From positions 9,186 through 73,185 of the forward strand of contig CAIMWO010000057.1 in the NCBI GenBank assembly GCA_903845195.1: a DNA stretch of 64,000 nt. Direction: 5' to 3'. A model generated the notes under the pieces. That model worked only from the letters and a program-made list of their open reading frames with translations. It was not told where the DNA came from and ran no database searches. Positions 37,740-48,262 of the stretch are shown here, in pieces. Every line of letters starts with the position of its first letter. Positions within the stretch are counted from its first letter, which is position 1. The position numbers were made by a program, and so were the translations under genes. The stretch is from an uncultured Phycisphaerales bacterium. Lineage in GTDB: Bacteria; Planctomycetota; Phycisphaerae; WQYP01.

Positions 37740-38575
37740 GAGGTAAATCCTTGCCAGAGCATCTGTGCCGAGACCCATACAAGCATGATCACAAAGGCGA
37801 CGCGGATTGATTTGCTTTTCAGTTTACCCATGAGTTTCGAGCCGGCCACGGCGCCCACCAGCACGCCCGCGGCGACAGGTGCGGCGATGAAGGGATCGAT
37901 GTCGCCCCGCGCAAAGTAAACCCCGGCCGAAGCCGCCGCCGTCACGCCGATCATGAAATTGCTCGTGGCCGTGGAAACTTTGATGGGCAGTCCCATGGCC
38001 AGGTCCATGGCGGGTACTTTCAGTGCGCCGGAGCCGATGCCCAGCAGTCCGGAGATGATGCCGGCGAGATACATGAGGGCCAGACCGAGTTTCGTGCGTG
38101 CCACGCGGTAATGGATCTCCCGGTGTTCGGCTTCGTCAAAATATTTGCCGTGGAGTTTCAGGCGATCCGCCCAGGGATCAGGCGGAGCGGGCTTGTTCGC
38201 ATGTGATCCGCCGTTCTTGTACATGACCAGTGCCGAGTAACCCATGACCAATCCGAAAATGATGAAGAGCCACTTTCCGGCAAGAATTCCCGCCAGCATC
38301 GCGCCGGTCAACGCCCCGCTGGTGGTGCCCAGCTCCAGAAGCATGGCGACGCGAAGGTTGGTCATATGCTCGCGAATGTACGCGGCGGCCGCGCCCGAGG
38401 AAGTGGCGATGATCGAGACGATCGAGGCCCCGATGGCCAGGCGGATGTCGATCTTCAGCAGCAGGGTGAGTGCCGGAATGATGATGAGGCCGCCGCCGAT
38501 GCCCAGCAGCGAGCCAAGCACTCCGGCAGCGATCGAGAGCACAAAGGTAAGAAGGGTGAATTCGAGCGGAGTCAT
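37736..38575 (-). CDS. TauE/SafE-family anion exporter
   Basis: 279 aa with about 8 TM segments. Duplicated GxGGG-type motifs (LLGIGGGLIIIP, LLGIGSGALKVP) are typical of DUF81/TauE. Confidence 0.8.
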   Translation of the reverse strand: MTPLEFTLLTFVLSIAAGVLGSLLGIGGGLIIIPALTLLLKIDIRLAIGASIVSIIATSSGAAAAYIREHMTNLRVAMLLELGTTSGALTGAMLAGILAGKWLFIIFGLVMGYSALVMYKNGGSHANKPAPPDPWADRLKLHGKYFDEAEHREIHYRVARTKLGLALMYLAGIISGLLGIGSGALKVPAMDLAMGLPIKVSTATSNFMIGVTAAASAGVYFARGDIDPFIAAPVAAGVLVGAVAGSKLMGKLKSKSIRVAFVIMLVWVSAQMLWQGFTS

Positions 38576-38796
38576 TCCGCGAGGGTAGGGAATCCTAAGC
38601 TGCAGAGCAAGCGGTTTGCCCGCGAGAATTCAGAAGTTGAATTGCCCGAATGCATGTAGGAAATATAGGGAATCACAGGGTGATGACGCCATGGCCCATG
38701 ACGCATGGGCCACAAGGGCATCGTTTGGGTTGCTTCCAGCCGGGTTTGATTTGATACTGGGGCAGATTCGCTCATTTTGATTCTGGTGCATACGCA

Positions 38797-39558
38797 ATGG
38801 CAATCAAGCCGCATTTTCTGGTGACCGCCGGCTCCACGCACGAAAAAATCGATGATGTGCGCCAGTGGAGCAACATCTTTACAGGCAAGACGGGCCTCGA
38901 TGTGGCGCTGGCGCTGCTCGATCTCGGCGATGTCACGCTCCTGACGAGTAATCGCCAGCACGCCGTGGAATTCGACGGCTTCTACGGTAAGGGCGGGATG
39001 CTCGGGATTGAAACCTTCGGCAGCCATGCGGAACTGCGCGATCTCCTGCAGGAACGCATGACCTCCGGCGATCGCGTCGATGCCGTGGCGATGAGCGCCG
39101 CGGTTGCCGACTATCAGCCGGCGGGAACGTATCGCGTGGTGAAGAAGATCAGTCTTCAGGAAGCAAAACTCGATGGCCCGCCAGGCGCCCAGGTCTGGGT
39201 CGTCGAAAATGTTCAGGCGCCCAAGGTCAGAAGCACTCACGGCGAAATTGCGGTGCTCGGCACGGCCACCGAAAAACTCGTCGACCTGTTCCGCACCGCC
39301 TGGGCCTTCCGCGGCATGCTCATCAAGTTCAAATTGGAAGTCGGAATCAGCGAAGAGGAACTGGTCCGCGTGGCCGGCGAAAGTCGCCGCGCCAGCGGGG
39401 CAGACCTTATCATTGCCAACACGCTGGCGATGGTCGGCGGCACGAATGCGGGGGCATATTTTATCGATGCTGCCGGTGCGATCCGGGTGGCTCGCACACA
39501 ACTGGCGGCAGAAATGCGGGAACGCGTGGTGCGTCAATTGGGTACGCCGCGATCTTAA
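38797..39558 (+). CDS. Phosphopantothenate--cysteine ligase-like (CoaB/DFP C-terminal domain) protein
   Basis: LVTAGSTHEKIDDVRQWSNIFTGKTG and SAAVADYQP match the CoaB nucleotide-binding pattern. No CoaC half is present. Confidence 0.65.
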   Translation: MAIKPHFLVTAGSTHEKIDDVRQWSNIFTGKTGLDVALALLDLGDVTLLTSNRQHAVEFDGFYGKGGMLGIETFGSHAELRDLLQERMTSGDRVDAVAMSAAVADYQPAGTYRVVKKISLQEAKLDGPPGAQVWVVENVQAPKVRSTHGEIAVLGTATEKLVDLFRTAWAFRGMLIKFKLEVGISEEELVRVAGESRRASGADLIIANTLAMVGGTNAGAYFIDAAGAIRVARTQLAAEMRERVVRQLGTPRS

Positions 39559-39597
39559 ACCATTCAACAACGCCAGCCGCCGCTGCGCCTGAAGAGT

Positions 39598-39690
39598 CAG
39601 AACCGTGACCAGAAGGGAGCGCCGGGCGGGTGCGCGGAGTCAGCCGGGGGAGTGGTTTCTATCCGGCGCTCCCTTGAGGTCACGGTCCTG
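39598..39690. terminator. Long hairpin between convergent genes
   Basis: cagaaccgtgaccagaagggagcgccgg (39598-39625) pairs with ccggcgctcccttgaggtcacggtcctg (39663-39690). That gives about 25 bp with a few mismatches and a 37-nt loop. Confidence 0.55.
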
Positions 39691-39780
39691 ATTGTTCGGG
39701 TTGTGGCGTTTCTTACGCCTACGGGCGAACACGCGATGGACGCGTTTCCGGTCCGCAAATATACCTACGGATTTCAATGA

Positions 39781-42700
39781 TCATCGGTCCGGCAGAGAGG
39801 ACGCGGGCATCGACGCGGCTTCGGCGGGACTCGTTGCGGCTTGCGCTGCGGCCGGTGCTGTTGCCGCGGGCTGCGTGGCCTGCGACGGAGTGAGCTTGCG
39901 CGGCGCCGCGTGAGACTCAAAGAATCCCGTGGCTTTCGCCACGACTTGCGCAACGCTGGTCTGCGGGATCGTCACCGTCAGCCATTTGAGAGAAATCGGA
40001 TAATTTGCCAGGACATCGCGCCCCGCAATCTGCACCTTCACGCCGTAACCAGGATCACCCGGCATCAGTGGCGTGCGCGAATAGTCCAGATGAATGCGCA
40101 GCTCGCCGTCCTGATCGCTCGCCTTGACCATGCCGGAGCTATACGGGTAATTCGCCAGTTGATCGGTAACGATTTGATCGAAGGTAGGCGGAAGGGTGCT
40201 GACGGCCAGCGCCGCTTCGCGCGCCACGGGGGCAATTTGTTTCTCCGCGGTTTCGTGATCGAAATGCAGCACTCCCGGCCCCTCCGTAGCCAACTCGATA
40301 TTGCCCACGAGCTGATCGCGATCGTTGCGTTTGATGGCGACTTCGCCGCTGACCATCCCCTCGGCCGTGAAGCGATCGGGAGCGAGATTAGCGGTGAGCA
40401 CCGCCTGGTCCAGGTGCGTGAACTTCAGATTGGCCGAAGCGAGGGAGCCCATGGGCAAGTCGATCTGCGCGGTGCCGGTGATAGTGCCGCCGGCGAAGGA
40501 AACCTTGAACTCCGGTGAGAAGACGAGCTGCCCTTTGTCCAGCGTCGCCTGCGCGTGGAGATTGCCCAGCGTGTTGGTTCCGCTGGTGAGTTTGTCGAGC
40601 GCGATGATGGCGCTGGAGCAGGTGACCTGACGCAGCGGATCGGCAGTAGACCAGGGCGATGCCATAGCCGCGTTAAGCGAGCAATTCTTGACCTCAAATG
40701 CGGAGCCGGAGTCCAGCATCGCATTACCGTCGAGGCCGGAAACATCGATGATTGCCGAGAGATGAGGATGAGCCGAATCCGACGAGAGGGCGGCCGAAAT
40801 GGCATACCAGGAGAGCGTCAGCCCATTTTTGAAAGGGTGGCTCGGCAAATGCGTGAGCTGTTGCAGCAAGGCGTCATCGACTCCCACGGCCTTGAATCCG
40901 ACGGCTTTGATCTGCGCATTAAAGCTGCTCTGAAAATCACGCGCCACCGTCGCATACGCGGCTACCACCGGATGCCCGCTGATCGTCGCGAGCCCTTCAT
41001 TGAGACTGATGGTCGATCGCTCCGGCAACACCAGTGTGGCATTGATGGCGTAGGGATCATCCTGTGCGCTGGGCCGCGTGAGCATCACCGATAAATCAGC
41101 CGCGGTCTCGACTTCCATGCCCGCCGGCAGCCATGACGCCAGCGCGGCAGAGGTCACGTGGGATGCCGACAGCGACGCGGCGGCAATGCTTCCGTCGGAG
41201 AAATCGTAGCTCCCGGAGAAAGTCAGCCGGGAGTCCTGCCCGAGCACGCTGTGGAGCGATTTGACGCTCACGATCTGGTCCTGGAACAACACGTCGGCGG
41301 AGAGGTCCTTAAAGGAGAATCCGGCGAGAGACAACCCATCGGCGTGGAACATGCCTTTCGTCAGCGCAGGCCATTCCTGGGCATTGCCCGACCAATCCAT
41401 CTGACCGTTGATCGAAGCGTTGTGCAACACCACGGCCCCTAGCCCGGCGGTGCGGGAAGACTGAATCTGAAAATCGTCGCCCGTTCCGAGTTCCACGTAA
41501 CCGGAAAACTTGTCATCGGTCTGGCTCGTGAACGTGAGCTTGCCGCTGAGCGTTCCATCGACCGTCAGCGCCAGTTGATTGCGCAAATCATCAGGCAGGC
41601 GTGCGAGAATCCTGGCGGCGTTGACGGCCCGCGCATTGATCGTGCCGCGAGAAGGGAAACGTGCATCCAGCGGCCAGATGGCACTGCACACCAGCGTGCC
41701 ATCGGAAAAAGCCGCCTGCGCTTTGATGATATCGAGTCCGCTGTTGTCGAGCTCAAAATCGGCTGACGCACGGGACAGCCGCCATGGGCCGCACTGTAAC
41801 GCATCCCAACTGATGGTCGCCCCCGAAATACGCAGAGTTTTGCGAAACGTTTCATCCAGCGGTGCCTGAATTCGTGCCTGCAGGGAACAATTGTCGAGAT
41901 TCAACGGCGGGTTTTCCGGCCGCGCCGCCACTGCGAAATTGCCGACATCAAGATTGACGTCGATCTGCGAAGCGCCGCCGAGCGTCAGCTTCCCGGAAAG
42001 CTGAATGGCATCGGCGGACGAATCGAAAGCCCTTTGAAATGCCGGATCGCATCGATCGAACCCGGGAATCAAGGCCGAGAGTTGCACCGCCGAAAGCACT
42101 GCATGGCAGCGTCGCAGACTGATGCCGTCGATAGCGATCTCGTAATCACCGCTGCGCTGCGGCTTGATCGTCAACCTCGCGCCAAGCGACGGCAATGTGC
42201 CGAGCAACACATCGCGTTCTCCCATGAGTAGACTGATGTTCCGCGTCGGAAGATCGCGGCTGCCGGACGACTGAATGCGAAGCTGGAGCGGAATTTCCCC
42301 ACCAACAGTTTCCGGAAGAGCCTTTTGCCAGGCCTCAAATCCTTCCACGTGAACCATTCCGCTGAGCAGGAGTTGATCGAACCATAGCGGCACACGCGCG
42401 GCCGGTCTGGTTGTGGCGGATGGCGAACCGGAAACGTAATCGCTGAGCTTGAGCAGACTCATGATCGTCAGCGGCTGCTCTCGGCCCGCGCGCAGATAAA
42501 CCTGCAGCCCGGAAACGTCGACGGTCTGCATTCGTTGCTGCCACACCTGCGTCCATGAAAAATCCAGCCGAACCCTATCGGCCGAAACCAGGGTCTCGCG
42601 CGCTGACTGCTCTACATCCTGTATTACCAGATTGTCGATCGACAACGACCCGGTCGGACTCAGCCGGGCCTTTTCAAAGGTAATCCCATACGGCGCAAAA

Positions 42701-42837
42701 TCGGAATGCGCCAGATAGTACCGAACGAGGGGCGTGGTGAAGACGAACGGCCCACTGGCCAGCACCGCGCCGACGATCGCGGCGGCGGCAGCCACACGAA
42801 ACCTGCGTTTCTTCGTCAATCCTTGCAGAAAGTGCAT
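39781..42837 (-). CDS. Large N-terminally anchored envelope protein, AsmA/TamB-like (tentative)
   Basis: 1018 aa with a single N-terminal TM, then a long beta-rich, S/A/L/G-rich sequence with no catalytic motifs. The call rests on architecture only. Confidence 0.4.
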   Translation of the reverse strand: MHFLQGLTKKRRFRVAAAAAIVGAVLASGPFVFTTPLVRYYLAHSDFAPYGITFEKARLSPTGSLSIDNLVIQDVEQSARETLVSADRVRLDFSWTQVWQQRMQTVDVSGLQVYLRAGREQPLTIMSLLKLSDYVSGSPSATTRPAARVPLWFDQLLLSGMVHVEGFEAWQKALPETVGGEIPLQLRIQSSGSRDLPTRNISLLMGERDVLLGTLPSLGARLTIKPQRSGDYEIAIDGISLRRCHAVLSAVQLSALIPGFDRCDPAFQRAFDSSADAIQLSGKLTLGGASQIDVNLDVGNFAVAARPENPPLNLDNCSLQARIQAPLDETFRKTLRISGATISWDALQCGPWRLSRASADFELDNSGLDIIKAQAAFSDGTLVCSAIWPLDARFPSRGTINARAVNAARILARLPDDLRNQLALTVDGTLSGKLTFTSQTDDKFSGYVELGTGDDFQIQSSRTAGLGAVVLHNASINGQMDWSGNAQEWPALTKGMFHADGLSLAGFSFKDLSADVLFQDQIVSVKSLHSVLGQDSRLTFSGSYDFSDGSIAAASLSASHVTSAALASWLPAGMEVETAADLSVMLTRPSAQDDPYAINATLVLPERSTISLNEGLATISGHPVVAAYATVARDFQSSFNAQIKAVGFKAVGVDDALLQQLTHLPSHPFKNGLTLSWYAISAALSSDSAHPHLSAIIDVSGLDGNAMLDSGSAFEVKNCSLNAAMASPWSTADPLRQVTCSSAIIALDKLTSGTNTLGNLHAQATLDKGQLVFSPEFKVSFAGGTITGTAQIDLPMGSLASANLKFTHLDQAVLTANLAPDRFTAEGMVSGEVAIKRNDRDQLVGNIELATEGPGVLHFDHETAEKQIAPVAREAALAVSTLPPTFDQIVTDQLANYPYSSGMVKASDQDGELRIHLDYSRTPLMPGDPGYGVKVQIAGRDVLANYPISLKWLTVTIPQTSVAQVVAKATGFFESHAAPRKLTPSQATQPAATAPAAAQAATSPAEAASMPASSLPDR

Positions 42838-42977
42838 TACGCCATCTTAACGCCATTTGCTTCCCGCGAAACTCTTCCGCATGATCTTCTTGAAATGTTG
42901 CTGGGCATCCTGTGTGCTCTTCATATAATCGGTACACGGCGTTGGGCTGGCTCGACAGGACTGAAGCGGGAGATTTT

Positions 42978-43871
42978 ATGCCGCGGCAAGCTAAGTTCAC
43001 GATCGGTGTCATTCAGATGGCCTGCACGGCCGATCCGCGCGCCAACCTGGAAAAGATCATCGATAAAATCCGCGAAGCCGCGCGCCTGGGCGCTCAGGTG
43101 ATCTGCACGCAGGAATTATTCCGTTCGCAATATTTCTGCCAGCTCGAAGACCCCGCGCAGTTTGATCTTGCCGAGGAGATCCCCGGCTCCAGCACCGAAA
43201 CTCTCGGCAAACTGGCGAAGGAATTGAACGTCGCTATCGTCGCCAGCTTGTTCGAGCGTCGAGCCGCGGGAATTTATCACAACACAGCCGCCATCCTTGA
43301 TGCCGACGGCTCCCTCATGGGCCTCTATCGCAAGATGCACATCCCCGATGATCCGCTCTATTACGAGAAGTATTACTTCACGCCGGGCGATCTAGGATTC
43401 CGCGTCTGGCCAACGCGACATGGCCGCATCGGCGTCTTGATCTGCTGGGACCAGTGGTACCCCGAAGCTGCCCGCCTGACGGCACTCCAGGACTGTGCCG
43501 TTCTCTTCTATCCCACCGCCATCGGGTGGCATCCCCGAGAAAAGGCAACCCTCGGCGAGGCCCAGGCCAATGCCTGGGAAACCATTCAACGCAGCCACGC
43601 CATCGCCAACGGGGTCTACGTCGCGGCAGTCAACCGTGTCGGCCTGGAGAAAATCCCAGGGGCGGCGGGGGAGGGCATCGAATTTTTCGGCAACAGTTTC
43701 ATTGCCGACCCCTTCGGACGGCTGCTCAAAAAGGCCTCCGCATCGCAGGAGGAAATCCTGATCGCACAGGTCGATCCCGCCCTGCAGGAAGAAACCCGCC
43801 GCAACTGGCCGTTCCTACGCGACCGCCGCATCGACGCCTACGACGGCCTCACCAAACGTTTCGCCACATGA
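42978..43871 (+). CDS. aguB: N-carbamoylputrescine amidase (carbon-nitrogen hydrolase)
   Basis: QELF...YFCQ, YRKMHIPDDPLYYEKYYFTPGD, ICWDQWYPEAAR and YPTAIGW closely follow the AguB/CPA pattern. Confidence 0.85.
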   Translation: MPRQAKFTIGVIQMACTADPRANLEKIIDKIREAARLGAQVICTQELFRSQYFCQLEDPAQFDLAEEIPGSSTETLGKLAKELNVAIVASLFERRAAGIYHNTAAILDADGSLMGLYRKMHIPDDPLYYEKYYFTPGDLGFRVWPTRHGRIGVLICWDQWYPEAARLTALQDCAVLFYPTAIGWHPREKATLGEAQANAWETIQRSHAIANGVYVAAVNRVGLEKIPGAAGEGIEFFGNSFIADPFGRLLKKASASQEEILIAQVDPALQEETRRNWPFLRDRRIDAYDGLTKRFAT

Positions 43872-44013
43872 CTGGTCGTGCGGGTTGTCCAGCATGCACC
43901 TCCAGCCTGCCGTCGAATTCCCCACCCGCAAGCCCGCAATAGCTTGAACATCCGGCTCTCAAGGCGCAAGATACGGCTAGGCGTGGCAGGAATTCGAATG
44001 TGAAAGGGTCTCC

Positions 44014-45003
44014 ATGGCTGCATCTTCATCCAAAGTCGGTCTGTATATCGGCCTCGGCATCTCGGGACTTCTCCTCTTCATCGTCGCGATCGTGCTCATC
44101 GTGGTGTTGAACGTCGGAACGTCCATCGGTGAACCGACCTCCGCCACCACCGACTTCGGCAAACTCGACAAAATGGAACTCCCTCTCGATACCAGCGGAC
44201 TCTTCGCCACGCCCACCGGCAGTGGGGGGGCTGATGGACTCTACAAAGAGGCCTTCCGCGCCGCCGTGTCGATGGGCGGCAGCGTCGGGTTTGAAGAAAT
44301 GGTCAAACACACCGCCGAGCCGGAGAAGGATGGGAAGCTCAAGCCGATCATCGAGAAACTTCTTAGTGCCGCGGATACCGGCATGTCTTCGGATGCGGAG
44401 TTGAATTTTGACAGCGTGCTGGTCTGCACGCCCAAGACCACCTGGCCCATCCGCGATCGCATCGCCGACATGGCCCTCTGCCTCAACACCGCCGGCCTCA
44501 GCTATCGCGCCGACAAGAGCCCCGATATGGCGGTCCGGTGCTTCCGCGCATCGACCATCTTCGGCAAACGTCTCTGGGACAACGGGGTCTTCGTCTCGCA
44601 TAAGGCGGGGGCCCTCTCGGCCATCGGCTATGGCCTCTCCAACCTCGAACGTAATTACAAGGAATTTCAAAGGGATCCCGCCAAGGCGGAACTGGCCCAC
44701 ACGCTTTATCTCCAATACCTCGAAGTCTCCCAGAAATGGTCCACGAAGGAACGCATCGAACGCACCGTGCAGCCCGTCACCGGCGACCTCTGGAACCTTG
44801 CCGAGAACGACAAGGATCGCGCCTGGCGCATCGAGGGCGTCATGTTCATGGGCTTTGCCAAGTTCACCGTCTCGGACAGCCGCGCCCCGACGATCAGGAG
44901 TTACCTCCAGGGCAAAACCAGCAACAGCGATCCCCTGATTGCCCTGAAAGCCAAAGAGGCCCTGCTCTTCTCGGAAGCCGACGCCCGATCGCTTCCCCAG
45001 TGA
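44014..45003 (+). CDS. Hypothetical single-pass membrane protein
   Basis: N-terminal TM (LYIGLGISGLLLFIVAIVLIVVL) followed by a helical soluble domain of about 290 aa. I recognise no motif. Confidence 0.5.
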   Translation: MAASSSKVGLYIGLGISGLLLFIVAIVLIVVLNVGTSIGEPTSATTDFGKLDKMELPLDTSGLFATPTGSGGADGLYKEAFRAAVSMGGSVGFEEMVKHTAEPEKDGKLKPIIEKLLSAADTGMSSDAELNFDSVLVCTPKTTWPIRDRIADMALCLNTAGLSYRADKSPDMAVRCFRASTIFGKRLWDNGVFVSHKAGALSAIGYGLSNLERNYKEFQRDPAKAELAHTLYLQYLEVSQKWSTKERIERTVQPVTGDLWNLAENDKDRAWRIEGVMFMGFAKFTVSDSRAPTIRSYLQGKTSNSDPLIALKAKEALLFSEADARSLPQ

Positions 45004-45013
45004 GAATCGTAGC

Positions 45014-45457
45014 GTGACGGATCATCCGCCCAGCGACGCGAAGAAACAGGTGGACGTGGCGATTGCGATTGTCTTCGATCCGCCGCGCCGGCAGGTGCTC
45101 ATCTGCCAGCGGAAATCCGATACCGTGCTCGCGGGCTATTGGGAACTTCCCGGCGGAAAATGTGACCCCGGTGAAACCCCTGACGTCTGTGCCGTTCGCG
45201 AGGTGCGCGAAGAGGTGGGCATCGCCGTTCGCGCCATCCGCGGCCTCGAGGTCATCGAACACGAATACGCCTACGCCCACGTTCGCCTCTTCCCGTTCGT
45301 CTGCGAGCATCTCGACGGCCGCGTCCAAATGATCGCCGTCGCCGATGCCAAATGGGTTCCGCCCGCTGACGTGCTCACCTACCGCTTCCCCGAAGCCAAC
45401 GCCGCACTCATGCAACGCGTCGCACAGGGCTGGTCCAGCCTTATTGAACAGACTTGA
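45014..45457 (+). CDS. NUDIX hydrolase (MutT-like)
   Basis: Nudix box GYWELPGGKCDPGETPDVCAVREVREEVGI. GTG start. Confidence 0.85.
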   Translation: MTDHPPSDAKKQVDVAIAIVFDPPRRQVLICQRKSDTVLAGYWELPGGKCDPGETPDVCAVREVREEVGIAVRAIRGLEVIEHEYAYAHVRLFPFVCEHLDGRVQMIAVADAKWVPPADVLTYRFPEANAALMQRVAQGWSSLIEQT

Positions 45458-45521
45458 TGTCGAGGCCTGCTACCGTCGCAGCAGTTGCCTCCATTCATGC
45501 ATTTCGGTAGTGTGCTATTGC

Positions 45522-45603
45522 CGCTCGGGTGGCGAAATTGGCAGACGCGCAGGATTTAGGTTCCTGTTCCGAAAGGAATGAGGGTTCGACCCCCTCCCCG
45601 AGC
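45522..45603 (+). tRNA. tRNA-Leu (anticodon UAG)
   Basis: Hand-folded. Acceptor GCTCGGG/CCCGAGC, anticodon stem CAGGA/TCCTG with loop TT-TAG-GT, long variable arm TTCCGAAAGGAAT, T arm GAGGG-TTCGACC-CCCTC, discriminator A. No CCA is encoded. Confidence 0.9.
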
Positions 45604-45717
45604 ATTCCCCCCTGTTCTGCAGAATCGTGAATCGTCCTGCCGATCACTGCAAACCCCTACAAGACCAGCCGTTTCAAGCGTTTCCGGCTTTTGACTCCAC
45701 AGCAAGGCGCGCACCGC

Positions 45718-47892
45718 TTACTGACTCCCGGCCCACTTCTGCCACATCTGGCGATAGGCGGCTTCGATGTTGCGGGCGAAACGCGGGGCGTCCATGAGGG
45801 GGGATTTCTGCATTCGCAGGCGGAGGGTTGAACGAAGCTCAGTGAGACGGGGGAGGTCTTGAGCAAGGGATGTGGCGATCTGCACGTACTCATCGGGTGT
45901 GGATGCGACGAGTTCGGGAAGGCCAATGTTGGAGAGGATGCTCAATCCGGCGCGGCTGACGGCGGTGTTGCCGGCAAGACTGACTACCGGCACCCCCATC
46001 CAAAGGGCGTCGCAGGTGGTGGTGCCGCCGCCATAGGGGAAGGGGTCGAGGGCGATGTCCATCTGCGAATAGAGTTGCAGATACTCGGACAATGGCACCT
46101 TGCTGACAACACGCAAGCGCGCCGGATCGATCCCCCACTGTGTCAATCGCTCGGCGGTGCGCTGGCGATGAGAACCCTCGGCCGCATGCAGGAGCAGTTG
46201 CGAATGGGGCACGGCGTGAAAAATACGAGCCCAGATGGCAAGGGTGGGATCCGTGACTTTGCAGAAGTTATTGAGGCAGCCGAAGGTGGTGTGGCTGGCG
46301 GAACTGGCGGGCAGGGGGCCGACGGGCGATGTGTCCTGGGGTTCGTAGCACCAGTAGGTTTCGGCCAAGCGGATTGTTTGTTCGCTATAGACGGACTCGT
46401 CAATGCCCGGTGGATCGAGGTAGGGGTCGCTGAGGCGGCAATCCATGGTGGCGAGGCCGGAAGTTCCGGCATAGGCCAGGTAAGTGACCTGGACCGGTGC
46501 AGGTTTACGGGCGAAGACGAGGAGGCGATTGTGGGCCATGTGCAAGGTCAGATCGACCAGTATGTCGATGCCGTCATCGCGAATGAGTTGGGCTGCCTGT
46601 TCGTCGGAGAGCCCGATCGTGCTGCACCAGTGATCGGTAAGTTCCCGCAGGCGTGCGGTCACGGCATCCGGGGCGCGCACATGGGCATAGCAGAATATCT
46701 CAAATCGGGAGTGATCGTGGTTCGCCAGCAGCGGCAGCATGAAATGGCCGACCACATGATCACGGAAATCGGGGGAGACGTAGCCGATGCGCAGGCGACG
46801 GTCGGGTGTGCGGTCATTGGGGTGGGGTTGGATCGATTGCCGCAACGGTTCAGCGTGTTGTTGATTCCAGCGCTGATGCTCGTGGTGGATGGCACGGGCG
46901 CTGTAGTCGGGATGGAAGTGGAGGGTGTAGACGAGATTACTGTCGGCTGCGACGTAGTCCGGTTTGACCGCGACCGCCTGTCGATAGGCAGCGATGGCTT
47001 CATCCAAGCATCCCATGTCCTTCAGCGTATTGCCAAGGTTGCTGTGCGCTTCGGCATAGTTGGGTCGCAGCGCGATGGCCTGCCGGTAAGCGGCGATGGC
47101 CTCATCGAGTTGCCCTTTATCTGTCAGTGCAGCGCCGAGGTTGGTGTGCGCTTCCGGGTAGTTGGGCCGCAGTGCGATGGCCTGCCGGAAAGCGGTAATG
47201 GCTTCATCAAGTTGGCTCTTTTCTGCCAGGGCATTGCCGAGGTTGTTGTGCGCTTCCGGGTAGTTGGGCCGCAGCGCTATGGCCTGCCGACAAGCGGCGA
47301 CCGCCTCATCGAGTTGCCCATAATCTCTCAGGGTATTGCCGAGGTTGTTGTGCGCATCCGCGTAGTTCGGCCGCAGTGCGATGGCCTGCCGGTAAGCGGC
47401 AACGGCCTCATCAAGTTGGCCCTTTTCTGCCAGGGCATTGCCGAGGTTGCTGTACGCTTCCGGGTAGTTGGGCCGCAGCGCGATGGCCTGTCGGAAAGCG
47501 GCAATGGCCTCAGTGAGTTGGCCTTTTTCTGCCAGGGCATTGCCGAGGTTATTGTGCGCTTTCGGGTAGTTGGGCCGCAGCGCTATGGCCTGCCGACAAG
47601 CAGCGACCGCCTCATCGAGTTGCCCATTATCTCTCAGGGCATTGCCAAGGTTGTTGTGCGCTTCCGCGTAGTTCGGCCGCAGTGCGATGGCCCGCTGAAT
47701 CAAGTCCACGGCCATGTCATTACGGCCTACCTGATGGGCGATGACTCCAAGGAGATGCAGGGCGTCGGGCTGATTGGGCTGGTGGACCAGAATCTGGCGG
47801 TAGAGTTGCTCAGCCTCAGTGAGTCGGCCTGCCTGATGGTGCTGCACGGCGGTCTGAAACAACTGGTCGAGGTTAGTGGTGACATTCAGCAC
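45718..47892 (-). CDS. TPR-repeat protein with a SPINDLY/O-GlcNAc-transferase-like (GT41) C-terminal domain
   Basis: There are at least 9 TPRs, seven of them near-identical, followed by RIGYVSPDFRDHVVG...VTYLAYAGTSG...FGCLNNFCK...YSQMDIALDPFPYGGGTT. Start proposed at the GTG at 47892, by analogy with the MLNVTTN start of the paralogue. Confidence 0.8.
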   Translation of the reverse strand: MLNVTTNLDQLFQTAVQHHQAGRLTEAEQLYRQILVHQPNQPDALHLLGVIAHQVGRNDMAVDLIQRAIALRPNYAEAHNNLGNALRDNGQLDEAVAACRQAIALRPNYPKAHNNLGNALAEKGQLTEAIAAFRQAIALRPNYPEAYSNLGNALAEKGQLDEAVAAYRQAIALRPNYADAHNNLGNTLRDYGQLDEAVAACRQAIALRPNYPEAHNNLGNALAEKSQLDEAITAFRQAIALRPNYPEAHTNLGAALTDKGQLDEAIAAYRQAIALRPNYAEAHSNLGNTLKDMGCLDEAIAAYRQAVAVKPDYVAADSNLVYTLHFHPDYSARAIHHEHQRWNQQHAEPLRQSIQPHPNDRTPDRRLRIGYVSPDFRDHVVGHFMLPLLANHDHSRFEIFCYAHVRAPDAVTARLRELTDHWCSTIGLSDEQAAQLIRDDGIDILVDLTLHMAHNRLLVFARKPAPVQVTYLAYAGTSGLATMDCRLSDPYLDPPGIDESVYSEQTIRLAETYWCYEPQDTSPVGPLPASSASHTTFGCLNNFCKVTDPTLAIWARIFHAVPHSQLLLHAAEGSHRQRTAERLTQWGIDPARLRVVSKVPLSEYLQLYSQMDIALDPFPYGGGTTTCDALWMGVPVVSLAGNTAVSRAGLSILSNIGLPELVASTPDEYVQIATSLAQDLPRLTELRSTLRLRMQKSPLMDAPRFARNIEAAYRQMWQKWAGSQ

Positions 47893-48013
47893 GGTCTCTT
47901 CCCGCAAGGGGTGGCAACGTCTGTGGCCATGGTCGGCCTGATGGTGAATGGAGTGGAGTATCCAGTACGATGCAGCTTCAGCGGCGGCTGGTGCGCGAGG
48001 ACGCCGTGAATGG

Positions 48014-48184
48014 CTATTTTGAACGTTCGCTAAGCGCCAGGCCAACCGCGCCGCCGGCGATCAAGACCGCTGACGTCACGAAGGAATCGGGGATATCCAC
48101 CAGTGCCACGACGCGCAGTAGCCGCAGCACAAATAGCACGATCCCAACCACCAGTAGAATGATCGATATGATCTTGGCTGCCAT
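48014..48184 (-). CDS. Small (56 aa) two-TM hypothetical protein
   Basis: MAAKIISIILLVVGIVLFVL...AVLIAGGAVGLAL, with GGAGAGG upstream of the ATG. Confidence 0.45.
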   Translation of the reverse strand: MAAKIISIILLVVGIVLFVLRLLRVVALVDIPDSFVTSAVLIAGGAVGLALSERSK

Positions 48185-48262
48185 GGAAACCTCTCCGAAA
48201 GTGTGAACCGTGTCGCTGACAACACACGGCTCATTATAGGAGTGCATATGGGTATCGGCTGG

